This document shows, piece by piece, positions 48,913-58,475 of a stretch of DNA of 64,000 bases (positions are counted from its first letter, which is position 1; each line of letters starts with the position of its first letter). The position numbers and the translations under genes are program-made. Source of the stretch: Fervidobacterium sp. (GTDB lineage: Bacteria; Thermotogota; Thermotogae; Thermotogales; Fervidobacteriaceae); contig DAOROH010000003.1 of assembly GCA_035520515.1 (NCBI GenBank), positions 2,754-66,753 of the forward strand, in the 5' to 3' direction. The notes beneath the pieces are model-generated. The model ran no database searches. It was not told the DNA's origin and was given only the letters and a program-made list of their open reading frames with translations.

Positions 48913-49840
48913 AGTACTTGTAACTGGTGGTGCCGGATTTATCGGCTCACACATTACAGATAAGCTTGTTGAATTAGGCAACGACGTGGTCGTTGTGGAT
49001 AACTTGTCAACTGGTAAACGTGAGAACTTGAATCCTAATGCGAAATTTGTGGAAATGGACATATCGCAAAGTGACAAAGTTAATGAACTATTTGCCGCTG
49101 AGAATTTCGAATATGTCTTCCATCTTGCAGCTCAAGCAAGTGTCTCCATCTCCGTTAAAGATCCAGTTAAGGATGCTACTTGGAATATAATTGGTGGACT
49201 GAATTTGATAAAAGCATCTGTAGAACACAAAATCAAGAAGTTCATATTTTCATCTACCGGGGGTGCGATGTACGGTGAAGATGTAAAGGTTTTTCCAACT
49301 CCTGAAAGCGTCTATCCGCAACCCATGTCTCCGTACGGCATCGCAAAGTTTTCTGTCGAGAACTATCTTAGGTTCTTCAGCAAAGAATTCGGACTGAATT
49401 ATACTGTGCTAAGATATGGTAACGTTTATGGTCCAAGGCAGGATCCGTACGGCGAGGCAGGTGTAATAGCGATATTTACATCGAGAATGTTGAAGGGTGA
49501 AGACTGTACAATATTTGGTGATGGTGAGTACACGAGAGATTACGTCTACGTGGAGGATGTCGTTGATGCAAACATCAGAGCTATGGAAAAAGGAGATAAA
49601 CTGGTCATAAACATAGGTACTGCAACCGGTACAACTACAAATGAGTTATTCAAGGTATTGAAGAAGTTAACGGGTTATAAGAAAGAACCGATTTATGGAC
49701 CACACAGACCTGGCGATATACGGAAGAGCCTACTTTGCTACAACAGAGCTTGGATCGAGTTGAAATGGGAACCGAAATATTCTCTTGAAGAAGGACTGAG
49801 GAAAACTGTCGAATGGTTTAAACGAAATACTAAGGCCTAA
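48905..49840 (+). CDS. galE: UDP-glucose 4-epimerase / NAD-dependent epimerase
   Basis: VLVTGGAGFIGSH, HLAAQ, SSTGGA, YGIAK (YxxxK), RYGNVYGP and RDYVYV motifs. Confidence 0.85.
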   Translation: MSKVLVTGGAGFIGSHITDKLVELGNDVVVVDNLSTGKRENLNPNAKFVEMDISQSDKVNELFAAENFEYVFHLAAQASVSISVKDPVKDATWNIIGGLNLIKASVEHKIKKFIFSSTGGAMYGEDVKVFPTPESVYPQPMSPYGIAKFSVENYLRFFSKEFGLNYTVLRYGNVYGPRQDPYGEAGVIAIFTSRMLKGEDCTIFGDGEYTRDYVYVEDVVDANIRAMEKGDKLVINIGTATGTTTNELFKVLKKLTGYKKEPIYGPHRPGDIRKSLLCYNRAWIELKWEPKYSLEEGLRKTVEWFKRNTKA

Positions 49841-51104
49841 TTCGTTTGAAGATTTCATAGGTCAGCAGCACTTGATGGCCCCCGGTGCACTGCTTCGTAC
49901 ATCGATCGAGAATGATCAGCTATTCTCCGCAATACTCTATGGACCTGCCGGGTGTGGAAAGACTTCATTGTTGAGTTTGATAAAGAAGTATACGACCTAT
50001 GAAGTCGTTCATCTAAATGCTGCATTTGCTTCAGTAGATGAGATTAAACAGTGGGAAAAGTATGCCTATAACATGAAAGGCATAAAGAAAGTATTACTGT
50101 TCATAGATGAGATTCATAGGTTCAATAAGAAGCAGCAAGATATATTTTTGCCCGGTGTTGAAACCGGGCTTTATGTTTTGTATGGAACAACAACCGAAAG
50201 TCCTCAACATGTACTAAATCCGGCGCTGTTGTCCAGATGTCGTGTGCTCAATTTCAGAAAACTTTCAAATACTGATCTTGAGAAAATATTGAATAGAGCT
50301 GTAAAATACTTGGGAATAAATGTTGGAGTAGAGGCAAAGCAGTTTATCATAGATTCCGCAAATGGGGATGCAAGATACATGATAAGTACGTACGAGATGC
50401 TTGCCAACACTGCTTCCATCAATGGTAAGGACATTGTTGACTCTTCTATTTTGGAGTTATATCTGGGTGAAGAGTTGACAAAGTATACAGACACAGAACA
50501 TTACAATTTGGCATCTGCATTCATCAAGAGTGTGCGTGGAAGTGATCCAGATGCTGCATTGTACTACATGTCAAGGATGATAGAAGGTGGCGAGGATCCG
50601 AGATTCATAGCAAGGAGGCTTGTGATACTCGCAAGTGAGGATGTAGGGTTGGCAGACCCATTTGCACTTGTGCTTGCTACGTCAACTATGCAGGCAGTTG
50701 AGATGGTAGGAATGCCAGAATGCTTACTTAATCTCTCCGAATGTACTGTATATCTCGCACTTGCACCAAAGAGCAATTCCTCTTATGAGGCAGTAAATAG
50801 AGCACGCGATATGGCAAAAAAGACTATGAATATACCTGTTCCAAGGCATCTGCTCAATGTGTCTGGTAGTGGATACAAGTATCCGCATGAATTTGGTGGT
50901 TTTGTTAAGCAAGATTACTTGCCAAGAGGTATAAAAGGACCATTTTACATACCAAAGAATATAGCAAGAGAGTCGAAAATTGCTGAAGTGTATAGTAAAC
51001 TTTGGAGTGACAGATTCAAAGATCTAAAAAGTAAGACATCATACGATGAAAATCGAGGTGAGCAACATGGCCTGGGAGACGAAGATCAAAACAAAGAAGG
51101 ATAG
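49806..51104 (+). CDS. rarA: Replication-associated recombination protein A (MgsA/RarA)
   Basis: LRP..DFIGQ.HL, GPAGCGKT, FIDEIHRFNK, SAFIKSVRGSDPDAA, ASEDVGLADP and PKSN motifs. The conserved N-terminus lies upstream of the first canonical start (49872), so the start is uncertain. Confidence 0.92.
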   Translation: MSNGLNEILRPNSFEDFIGQQHLMAPGALLRTSIENDQLFSAILYGPAGCGKTSLLSLIKKYTTYEVVHLNAAFASVDEIKQWEKYAYNMKGIKKVLLFIDEIHRFNKKQQDIFLPGVETGLYVLYGTTTESPQHVLNPALLSRCRVLNFRKLSNTDLEKILNRAVKYLGINVGVEAKQFIIDSANGDARYMISTYEMLANTASINGKDIVDSSILELYLGEELTKYTDTEHYNLASAFIKSVRGSDPDAALYYMSRMIEGGEDPRFIARRLVILASEDVGLADPFALVLATSTMQAVEMVGMPECLLNLSECTVYLALAPKSNSSYEAVNRARDMAKKTMNIPVPRHLLNVSGSGYKYPHEFGGFVKQDYLPRGIKGPFYIPKNIARESKIAEVYSKLWSDRFKDLKSKTSYDENRGEQHGLGDEDQNKEG

Positions 51105-51630
51105 AGAGTTAGTGCTGCAATTCATCTGTGAAGACATCACAGAACTTGAAGTCGATGCAATTGTAAATGCTGCAAATTCTTACTTAAAACATGGTGGTGG
51201 AGTGGCAGGTGCGATTGTGCGAAAAGGCGGGATGATAATGCAGAAAGAAAGTGATCAATATGTACAAAAGTACGGTCCTGTGACACCTGGTAACGTTGCA
51301 GTCACAGGACCGGGTAATTTAAATGCTCGATACATTATTCACACAGTAGGCCCCATTGGAAACAAGGCTGGGAATGACGAAATACTATCAAAGTGCTTAA
51401 TCAATACGTTTAATAAAGCATCGGAGCTAAATCTGAATTCAATTGCACTACCTTTCATTGGTACGGGAATATTCGGATACCCATTGGAACTGTTCATACA
51501 AACAACGTACAAGACTGTTATTAGTTATTTCTCAGATTATCAAGGCAGCTTAGAAAAAGTAGTATTTTGTGATATAGATAGACAAAAGATTGAAAAGCTC
51601 TGGCAAAAGTTTCAAACTTTAAAACCATGA
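51067..51630 (+). CDS. Macro domain protein (MacroD-type ADP-ribose binding/hydrolase)
   Basis: EDIT..VDAIVNAANSYLKHGGGVAGAI, IIHTVGP and GTGIFG. GAGGTG SD before ATG at 51067. Confidence 0.92.
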   Translation: MAWETKIKTKKDRELVLQFICEDITELEVDAIVNAANSYLKHGGGVAGAIVRKGGMIMQKESDQYVQKYGPVTPGNVAVTGPGNLNARYIIHTVGPIGNKAGNDEILSKCLINTFNKASELNLNSIALPFIGTGIFGYPLELFIQTTYKTVISYFSDYQGSLEKVVFCDIDRQKIEKLWQKFQTLKP

Positions 51631-51656
51631 TTCATTTGATGCATTATTAGACATTA

Positions 51657-53591
51657 TTAGAATTTCCATTCACCCGGCGTCAATTTCAGATCAATTTTCT
51701 TTCCAGACCTATCAACGGTTATCGTCACTGTAGCCTTTCCAACGATGGATTTTGCTACATCGTCGATAGTCTTAACAATTTTCCCATCTACTGAGACTAT
51801 GATATCTCCAGCTTTAAGGCCAGCTACTTCAGCTGGGGAGTCTTTTTCCACATACGCTACATACAATCCATCTGACTTTACTTTGTACGTCTGTTTTACT
51901 AAGTCATTAACAACAAACCAAGTTACGCCAAACGCTTTGTTGTTCAACGGCTTCTTGACAATATCCATAGCATCATCAGCATCGATAACTACTCTAAACG
52001 TGAAATCGTTTCTCTTTTCTTTTGGATCCACACTTATTCTATCTGTGATTCTACCAGCAACAGCACCACTACGTCCAACAACAAGTGTACCTGAAGCATT
52101 GAAAGGATTCTCTGCCGGGAGTTTCTTATATGCTGATTTATCGTAGTAATCACGGCAAAACTCTATTGGTAGACCGTACATATTTACAACACCGTACGGT
52201 GAGAGGTCTACCCTTTCAAAATCGTAGATGGTGTATTCCTTTTTTCCATCGTTAAAACCGGTTGAGAGCATCTCATTTCCCCATGGATACATCCTGCCGT
52301 CTTTACCCCTCGCTGCCTTTTCCCACTGTGCTTCTGTTGGCAATTGATAACCTGCCCAGTTACAATATTCCTTCGCAGAATTCCAGTTTATTCCAGTGAT
52401 AGGAATGCTGTAGAATTTTTCATCTGCTGTATAACCGGCAATCAGCTTTGTCTTAAGAAATTCTACCTCTACTGTATCAATATGATTGCCCAATGCTACA
52501 TTTGACGTCTGGGCTGCTCTCAAAAAGTCCAGGTATTGCTTTGTAGTAATTGGGTACTTCGATATGTAGAAACCAGAAACGTACACTTGACGCATCGGCA
52601 ATTCATCTTCATCTGCACCCTTCCAATCCTTACTTGCACCCATAGAAAAAGTTCCACCTGGTACAAATACAAAGGTTATACCTGTACGAGGATCAGTAAT
52701 CTCTTTTGGATAGATTTTTATCGTATTTACTTCTTTACCATCTACAGTTAAAGGAGTTGCTGTTGCAAGAACTGCAACAGCAGCCTTATCGTATTCCAAT
52801 TGATTGAGCAACGAATCTAATCCTTTAGTTTTTGTACTATCAAACGTAGTAAACACAACATTTGACGCCTCCACTGTTGTACTACCCCAACTACCTGAAA
52901 TTTGCATCATTCCAGAACTGTCGATCGATACTTTGCCGTAAACTCTCTTACCATCTTTTGATACGACAAGGTCATATCCCGATGCATATTTATATGGAAT
53001 GTAGATATCTTCAATGAGTATCTTTTCTATGTAGAATTCGTTGCCGTGTTGATCAACTACAACCAAAAAAGGATCACTTGAGTAGATATCTTTCCCAATG
53101 AAAACATCTCCGGTATATAGTACACATACATAATTCTCACTCGAAGAAAGTTCCATGCGGAAAAGTCCAACACTCTGGTTTGCCGGAAAATCCTTCTGTT
53201 CAAATCCTACATAATCGAGCGTTTGAAACGAATGTACAACTATCTTGCCAAACCATGTCGAAACAGTCATTACTCCATCCTTCAAATCTTTGAAATATCC
53301 TGTATATTTCCTACCGTTTATCGATATTTCAGAACCATTTGTCGGAAAATTCTCGGTATCATCAAAGACGACACTCCTTACTTGATCTAAAGGAATGAAT
53401 ATCTTCCCTATAGTTGAGTCGACAACAAGATACTTGTCAGTTGATTCAACAATCGTTCCAGTGATTACCTCACCGGTCTTATATTGGACAACTTGTGAAA
53501 ACACGTATGTTGAAAAGACACTGCAAAACATTACAAATATTACAGCCAGAAAGAATACACGTCCTCTAATCACGGAAAAAAAGTCTTTCAC
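51657..53591 (-). CDS. Exported protein with FGE-sulfatase (SUMF1-like) and C-terminal PDZ domains
   Basis: Signal peptide (..VFSQ). FVPGGTFSMG, ISKYPIT..QY, LPTEAQWEKAARG and YPWG motifs. PDZ motif GLYVAYVEKDSPAEVAGLKAGDIIVSVDG. GGAGG SD before GTG at 53591. Confidence 0.85.
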   Translation of the reverse strand: MKDFFSVIRGRVFFLAVIFVMFCSVFSTYVFSQVVQYKTGEVITGTIVESTDKYLVVDSTIGKIFIPLDQVRSVVFDDTENFPTNGSEISINGRKYTGYFKDLKDGVMTVSTWFGKIVVHSFQTLDYVGFEQKDFPANQSVGLFRMELSSSENYVCVLYTGDVFIGKDIYSSDPFLVVVDQHGNEFYIEKILIEDIYIPYKYASGYDLVVSKDGKRVYGKVSIDSSGMMQISGSWGSTTVEASNVVFTTFDSTKTKGLDSLLNQLEYDKAAVAVLATATPLTVDGKEVNTIKIYPKEITDPRTGITFVFVPGGTFSMGASKDWKGADEDELPMRQVYVSGFYISKYPITTKQYLDFLRAAQTSNVALGNHIDTVEVEFLKTKLIAGYTADEKFYSIPITGINWNSAKEYCNWAGYQLPTEAQWEKAARGKDGRMYPWGNEMLSTGFNDGKKEYTIYDFERVDLSPYGVVNMYGLPIEFCRDYYDKSAYKKLPAENPFNASGTLVVGRSGAVAGRITDRISVDPKEKRNDFTFRVVIDADDAMDIVKKPLNNKAFGVTWFVVNDLVKQTYKVKSDGLYVAYVEKDSPAEVAGLKAGDIIVSVDGKIVKTIDDVAKSIVGKATVTITVDRSGKKIDLKLTPGEWKF

Positions 53592-53838
53592 ATCTGATCC
53601 CTCCCTAATAGATTGAGACTCTATCATTTTTTGTAACACACAAATCCAAAAATGGTATATTATACAAGGGTAATAGACACTATATTTATATTATACCAAA
53701 AATTGTAAAATCTTTCTTCACGATTCTATCAAATTTATGGTAAAATAATTGTTGACGTAAAACTAATTTCAACGAATAGTTTTCTGTATTTTTCTCATAT
53801 TGAATTATACCAAATCATGCGCTCAGGAGTAATATTGA

Positions 53839-54312
53839 ATGAGGAGATATGTTGTATTCATTTTATTTTATTCAATTTGCCTATTTTCATGGGTTATCAG
53901 CTTGCAAGGTAATCAGGTAATAGAGGAAAATAATACCAAAAAAGAGGACGATTATTGGTTTTCGATATATTATGATGAACGTTTTTGGAAGGTAAATACT
54001 GATGAAAAGGTGTATGACGTATATCCCGTAGATTATTTGAACGTAAGTCCGTTAGTAACAGGGGTTAATTTAGATGTGTTAGAAGGGAAGATCAATGACA
54101 ACACCTTGATCTATTTACCTTCAAAAATCCCGGATTTTGTTTTTGAAATAAATATCGCGGAGAAATACATTACCACTCAAAATTCTGCTATAGTCTATGT
54201 TACGGATCTTTCAGATATAATTCCCTGCATAAACACACTCAAGATGACTTTCAGATATCTCGATTTTGGGAAGATTTATTTGTACAGAAATGGAAGGATT
54301 TATATATTGTAA
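53839..54312 (+). CDS. Hypothetical membrane-anchored protein upstream of ftsA (possible divergent FtsQ/DivIB)
   Basis: 157 aa with an N-terminal hydrophobic segment and AGGAG SD. First gene of the ftsAZ operon. Confidence 0.7.
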   Translation: MRRYVVFILFYSICLFSWVISLQGNQVIEENNTKKEDDYWFSIYYDERFWKVNTDEKVYDVYPVDYLNVSPLVTGVNLDVLEGKINDNTLIYLPSKIPDFVFEINIAEKYITTQNSAIVYVTDLSDIIPCINTLKMTFRYLDFGKIYLYRNGRIYIL

Positions 54313-54329
54313 ATATAAGGGGTGAGAGT

Positions 54330-55604
54330 ATGCCAAAGGCTCGCGAAATCGTTTCTTTTGATATCGGGAACGATAGCATAAAGGCGGTAGTTGTTGACTA
54401 TTCTGAAGGGTATGGGAAGGTAATCGCATTTTCAAACGTCAAGACAAGAGGCGTGGAAAGTGGCGAGATAAAGGATGTCATAGCTCTAAATGAATCCATG
54501 AGCCAAGTTATAGATGATCTTGAAGATCAAGCGGGTAGAGAACTCAAAGGTCAGATACTGGTCTCATCTGGTTGTGGAGATTTCACTCTTACAGAGATAA
54601 GGGAAGAGATTTTGTTGAGCGAAAAGGAAGGCAGTGAAATATCAGAAGAACACGTTAACAAGCTCACTGACAACTTACTCAACGATATCTTCCAGTCCAA
54701 CGAGAGAAACTCTTTGCACCTGTTCGTAAAAAAATACATACTAGATGACAAAAAGATAGTTGTCAATCCAGTCGGAATGAAGGCAAATAAGTTAGAAGCT
54801 GTGTACTCTATAGTCATGGGCAACGAAACTTACAAAAATGTTGTAGAATATGCAACGAAAGATATTTTAGGTGAGGCAGAATATTATATATCATTTATAT
54901 CAACTGCCGAAGCGGTTTTATCAAATGAAGAAAAGGACATGGGAGTGCTTCATGTGGATCTTGGTTACAATACAACTTCCGTTACTCTCTACTATGCAAA
55001 TACACCTGTAGAACTTCAAAGAATGGATATGGCAATGAAAAACGTCATAAAAGATATAAAGGAAGTACTGAAGACGTCTTTTCAAGAAGCGGAACGCTTG
55101 TTAAAGACGTATGGTGTTGCAGTTTACTTAGATGTAGAACCAACTCCTATAGAATACAAAGGACTTGATAAAAGAAGTATTCAAAAAACTGACAGAGAGT
55201 ATCTCGCCAAGATAATATATGCACGACTGCGCGAGATTCTTATGAGAGTAAAGAAAATGTACAAGGACATGATTGCTAATCATCCAGAAATGGGAGAGAT
55301 GGGAATTCCTGGTGGAATAGTATTGACCGGTGGAGGTGCAATGCTTCAGAGAATTGAATCTTTAGCAGGTGATGTTTTTAAATATCCTGTGAGGATAGGC
55401 ACTCTCTCGGATCTTGAAAGATTTCAGATTGAAGAAGAAAACATGTTAATGTCAACTCCGCTTTTTGCTCCAGTGTTCGGAAACATCATGGTCTATCAAA
55501 GGGAGCAAAATATATACTCTCCAGGTATAAATGAGAAGACAAAGAGACAAAGTGGGGGGTTTTTCAAGAAAATATCGGATACATTTGGTAAGATATTCGG
55601 ATAA
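54330..55604 (+). CDS. ftsA: Cell division protein FtsA
   Basis: FDIGNDSIK, VNPVGM, VDLGYNTT, AERL, IIYARLREI and VLTGGGA motifs. C-terminal amphipathic helix FFKKISDTFGKIF. Confidence 0.93.
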   Translation: MPKAREIVSFDIGNDSIKAVVVDYSEGYGKVIAFSNVKTRGVESGEIKDVIALNESMSQVIDDLEDQAGRELKGQILVSSGCGDFTLTEIREEILLSEKEGSEISEEHVNKLTDNLLNDIFQSNERNSLHLFVKKYILDDKKIVVNPVGMKANKLEAVYSIVMGNETYKNVVEYATKDILGEAEYYISFISTAEAVLSNEEKDMGVLHVDLGYNTTSVTLYYANTPVELQRMDMAMKNVIKDIKEVLKTSFQEAERLLKTYGVAVYLDVEPTPIEYKGLDKRSIQKTDREYLAKIIYARLREILMRVKKMYKDMIANHPEMGEMGIPGGIVLTGGGAMLQRIESLAGDVFKYPVRIGTLSDLERFQIEEENMLMSTPLFAPVFGNIMVYQREQNIYSPGINEKTKRQSGGFFKKISDTFGKIFG

Positions 55605-55663
55605 TATAGCATGAACTATTCTGTAAATATTGCTGATACATTTTATAATGAGGAGGGAGAAAT

Positions 55664-56728
55664 ATGCCATTTATGATAGAAAAGGAGTCAAAGCAAGTAT
55701 CGTCAGAAAGAATTCCAGGCGTACCAATACTAAAAGTAATAGGAGTCGGTGGTGCTGGTTGTAACGCAATAAATAGGATGGCAGAGGTAGGGATAAAAGG
55801 TGTGACTCTTATCTCTGTTAATACAGATGCTCAGGTTCTCGAAGTGAGTAAAGCGGACATTGTTGTCCAAATTGGTGAAAAACTCACAAAGGGGCTCGGT
55901 GCTGGTGGAAATGCGAAAGTTGGAGAAGAAGCTGCGTTAGAAGACAGAAAAAAATTAGAAGATATCTTGCATGGTACTGACATGCTCTTCATAACTGCTG
56001 GATTTGGTGGCGGAACAGGCACTGGAGCTGCACCAGTAATAGCTGAGATAGCAAAAACCTTAGGCATACTGACAGTTGCGATCGTAACAATGCCTTTCTT
56101 TTTTGAAGGTACTCCGAGATGGAATACCGCACGTGAAGGAATAGCGAAAATGGCAGGCAAGGTAGACACACTCATAAAGATTAGCAACAATAAATTACTC
56201 GAAGAGCTATCACCATCTACAACAATTGTTGACGCATTTAGCACAGCAGACGAAATACTTCACCAAGGAGTGAAAGGAATATCTGATCTAATAATGAAAA
56301 GAGGTTACATAAACTTAGATTTCGCCGATATAGAGTCTGTCATGAGAAATGCTGGAAACGCTATGCTTGGAATAGGAATTGGCAAAGGAGAAAAGAGAGT
56401 TTATGATGCAACAAGAAAGGCCTTGGATAACAAGTTCTTAGATTATCCGATAGAAAATGCAAAATCGTTGATACTGAACATATCAGCCCCAAGAAATTCA
56501 ACACTTCAAGAAATGCAGGAAGCTGCGATGATTGTGAAACAAACTTGTAGTGAAGACGCCGACATGAAGTTTGGGATGGTAATAGATGATGAACTATCTG
56601 ATGATGAGATGAGAGTAACCGTGATAGCAACGAAATTTGACACTGAAGATTATTCTGAAAAACAGGCTGAAGATATTCCAGCAATATACAAATTTGGCTT
56701 GGAATACAAAGGTAATGTTGGTGAATAG
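55664..56728 (+). CDS. ftsZ: Cell division protein FtsZ
   Basis: VIGVGGAGCNA, NTDAQ, GGGTGTG, INLDFAD and the C-terminal DIPA peptide. Confidence 0.98.
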   Translation: MPFMIEKESKQVSSERIPGVPILKVIGVGGAGCNAINRMAEVGIKGVTLISVNTDAQVLEVSKADIVVQIGEKLTKGLGAGGNAKVGEEAALEDRKKLEDILHGTDMLFITAGFGGGTGTGAAPVIAEIAKTLGILTVAIVTMPFFFEGTPRWNTAREGIAKMAGKVDTLIKISNNKLLEELSPSTTIVDAFSTADEILHQGVKGISDLIMKRGYINLDFADIESVMRNAGNAMLGIGIGKGEKRVYDATRKALDNKFLDYPIENAKSLILNISAPRNSTLQEMQEAAMIVKQTCSEDADMKFGMVIDDELSDDEMRVTVIATKFDTEDYSEKQAEDIPAIYKFGLEYKGNVGE

Positions 56729-56771
56729 TTAGGCATTCTTGAATTTTTGTTGTGTAGTGGAGGGGAAGGTT

Positions 56772-58472
56772 TTGGACGCTGAAAGGAAACCTAAGAAACT
56801 TGGGGACATACTCATAGAGCAAGGTATAATAACTCAATATGAGTTAGAAAAGACTTTGGAACTCCAAAAGGAAGCTAAACGTCCCTTGGGAGAATTATTG
56901 GTACAGATGGGTTATTGTACTTGGGATGATATCGTAAAAGTCCTTGCCGAACAATACGAAGTACATGCATGTATCGGTGAGGTAAAAGTAAATGAAGAAT
57001 TCTACAAAAATTTCCCAAAAGATATCTTAAACGAGCTTAGGATAGTACCGATAGACGAAAAAGATGGGAAGATATTTCTTGGCATCGATAATGTTTACGA
57101 TATACCGGTTATAAAGAGAAGATTAAAATTTAGGATGGGAAAAGATGTAGACTTTTGCTTGATGCCACCGAATCTTTTTGAAACTATGTACAACAATGTT
57201 ATCCATGGCCTTTCTGCGGATGTGTTCTCTGAAAAGATGGGAGAAATTACGATACAAGAACAACCAAAAGAGGTCCCTGAAGAGCAAATATCGATGGAAG
57301 AAGAAACACCTGTTGTTAGACTTGTATCAAATATCGTTGACCATGCCGTAGAACTTGAGGCAAGCGATATCCATATAGAACCACAACGAAGGAATGTTAT
57401 CGTAAGGTATAGGGTAGACGGCGTATTGAGAAAGATAACAGAATATCCGAGAAATTTACATGCTGCGGTAGTCTCACGTATAAAAATACTCTCCGGACTT
57501 GATATTGTGGAACGTAGAATGCCACAAGACGGCAAGTTTTTCATAAAAAAGGGTGACGAGCAGTATGATTTACGCGTTTCTACGATGCCTTCAGTAAATG
57601 GAGAAAAGGTGGTTATGAGACTTCTAAAGGTGTCATCTTCAAAGAAGAAACTCGAGGACTTGGGTTATTCAGCGTACAATTATGAAAGAATACAAAAGTT
57701 GATAGAGCATCCTTACGGAATAATACTTGTCACCGGACCGACGGGAAGTGGTAAGTCAACAACACTCGTTGCTATGATAAACTCGTTGAATTCTGACAAT
57801 GTTAATATAGTAACTGCAGAAGATCCTGTAGAATACACGGTTGAAGGAATCACGCAGTGCCAAGTCAACACTGAAATCGGTCTGACATTTGCGAAATATC
57901 TGAGATCTTTCTTGAGGCAAGACCCTGATATCATAATGGTTGGTGAGGTGCGTGATAGGGAAACAGCACAGCTTGCCGTTGAAGCATCATTGACAGGACA
58001 CTTGGTCTTGTCAACGTTGCATACCAACACCGCTGCCGGTGCCGTTGATAGACTCGTGAACATGGGCGTTGAACCATCTTTGATATCGGCGTCACTGATA
58101 GGAATAATGGGGCAAAGACTCGTTAGGAAAGTTTGTCAAAAATGCAAAGTCGAAACTGAATTTCCACCCAAATTTGCTGAAAGGGCAAAAAGATATTTTC
58201 CAGATATGAAACTTGTCCAATATGTAGGTAAAGGTTGTCAAGAATGCAACAACACTGGATACAAGGGCAGAACTGCAGTTGCCGAAGTACTGATGATAAA
58301 CGACGAGATTAGAAAGCTAATCCAAAAGGGTACCACGACAGCTGAGATAGAAAAAGTTGCTAAACGACACGGTATGATTACAATGTTCCAAGATGGACTT
58401 TACAAGGTTCTTAGCGGAGAGACCACCGTCGAAGAAATCCTTGCAACTGTCGGTGAAGAAGAGGAGGAGTAA
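56772..58472 (+). CDS. pilB: Type IV pilus/type II secretion assembly ATPase (PilB/GspE)
   Basis: MshEN-like KLGDILIEQG..PLGELLVQMG, ASDIHIEP, PQDG, GPTGSGKST, EDPVE, LRQDPD, TGHLVLSTLH and a tetra-Cys motif. Confidence 0.9.
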   Translation: MDAERKPKKLGDILIEQGIITQYELEKTLELQKEAKRPLGELLVQMGYCTWDDIVKVLAEQYEVHACIGEVKVNEEFYKNFPKDILNELRIVPIDEKDGKIFLGIDNVYDIPVIKRRLKFRMGKDVDFCLMPPNLFETMYNNVIHGLSADVFSEKMGEITIQEQPKEVPEEQISMEEETPVVRLVSNIVDHAVELEASDIHIEPQRRNVIVRYRVDGVLRKITEYPRNLHAAVVSRIKILSGLDIVERRMPQDGKFFIKKGDEQYDLRVSTMPSVNGEKVVMRLLKVSSSKKKLEDLGYSAYNYERIQKLIEHPYGIILVTGPTGSGKSTTLVAMINSLNSDNVNIVTAEDPVEYTVEGITQCQVNTEIGLTFAKYLRSFLRQDPDIIMVGEVRDRETAQLAVEASLTGHLVLSTLHTNTAAGAVDRLVNMGVEPSLISASLIGIMGQRLVRKVCQKCKVETEFPPKFAERAKRYFPDMKLVQYVGKGCQECNNTGYKGRTAVAEVLMINDEIRKLIQKGTTTAEIEKVAKRHGMITMFQDGLYKVLSGETTVEEILATVGEEEEE

Positions 58473-58475
58473 GTC

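Noticed and set aside
51067-51630. Macrodomain as a DarG-type antitoxin or defence gene
   Set aside because: No DarT/ADP-ribosyltransferase or sirtuin gene is adjacent. It looks like a stand-alone housekeeping MacroD protein.
51960-52120. FGE/C-type-lectin fold as a diversity-generating retroelement target
   Set aside because: No reverse transcriptase and no template/variable repeat pair were seen in the window, and the domain is internal, followed by PDZ.
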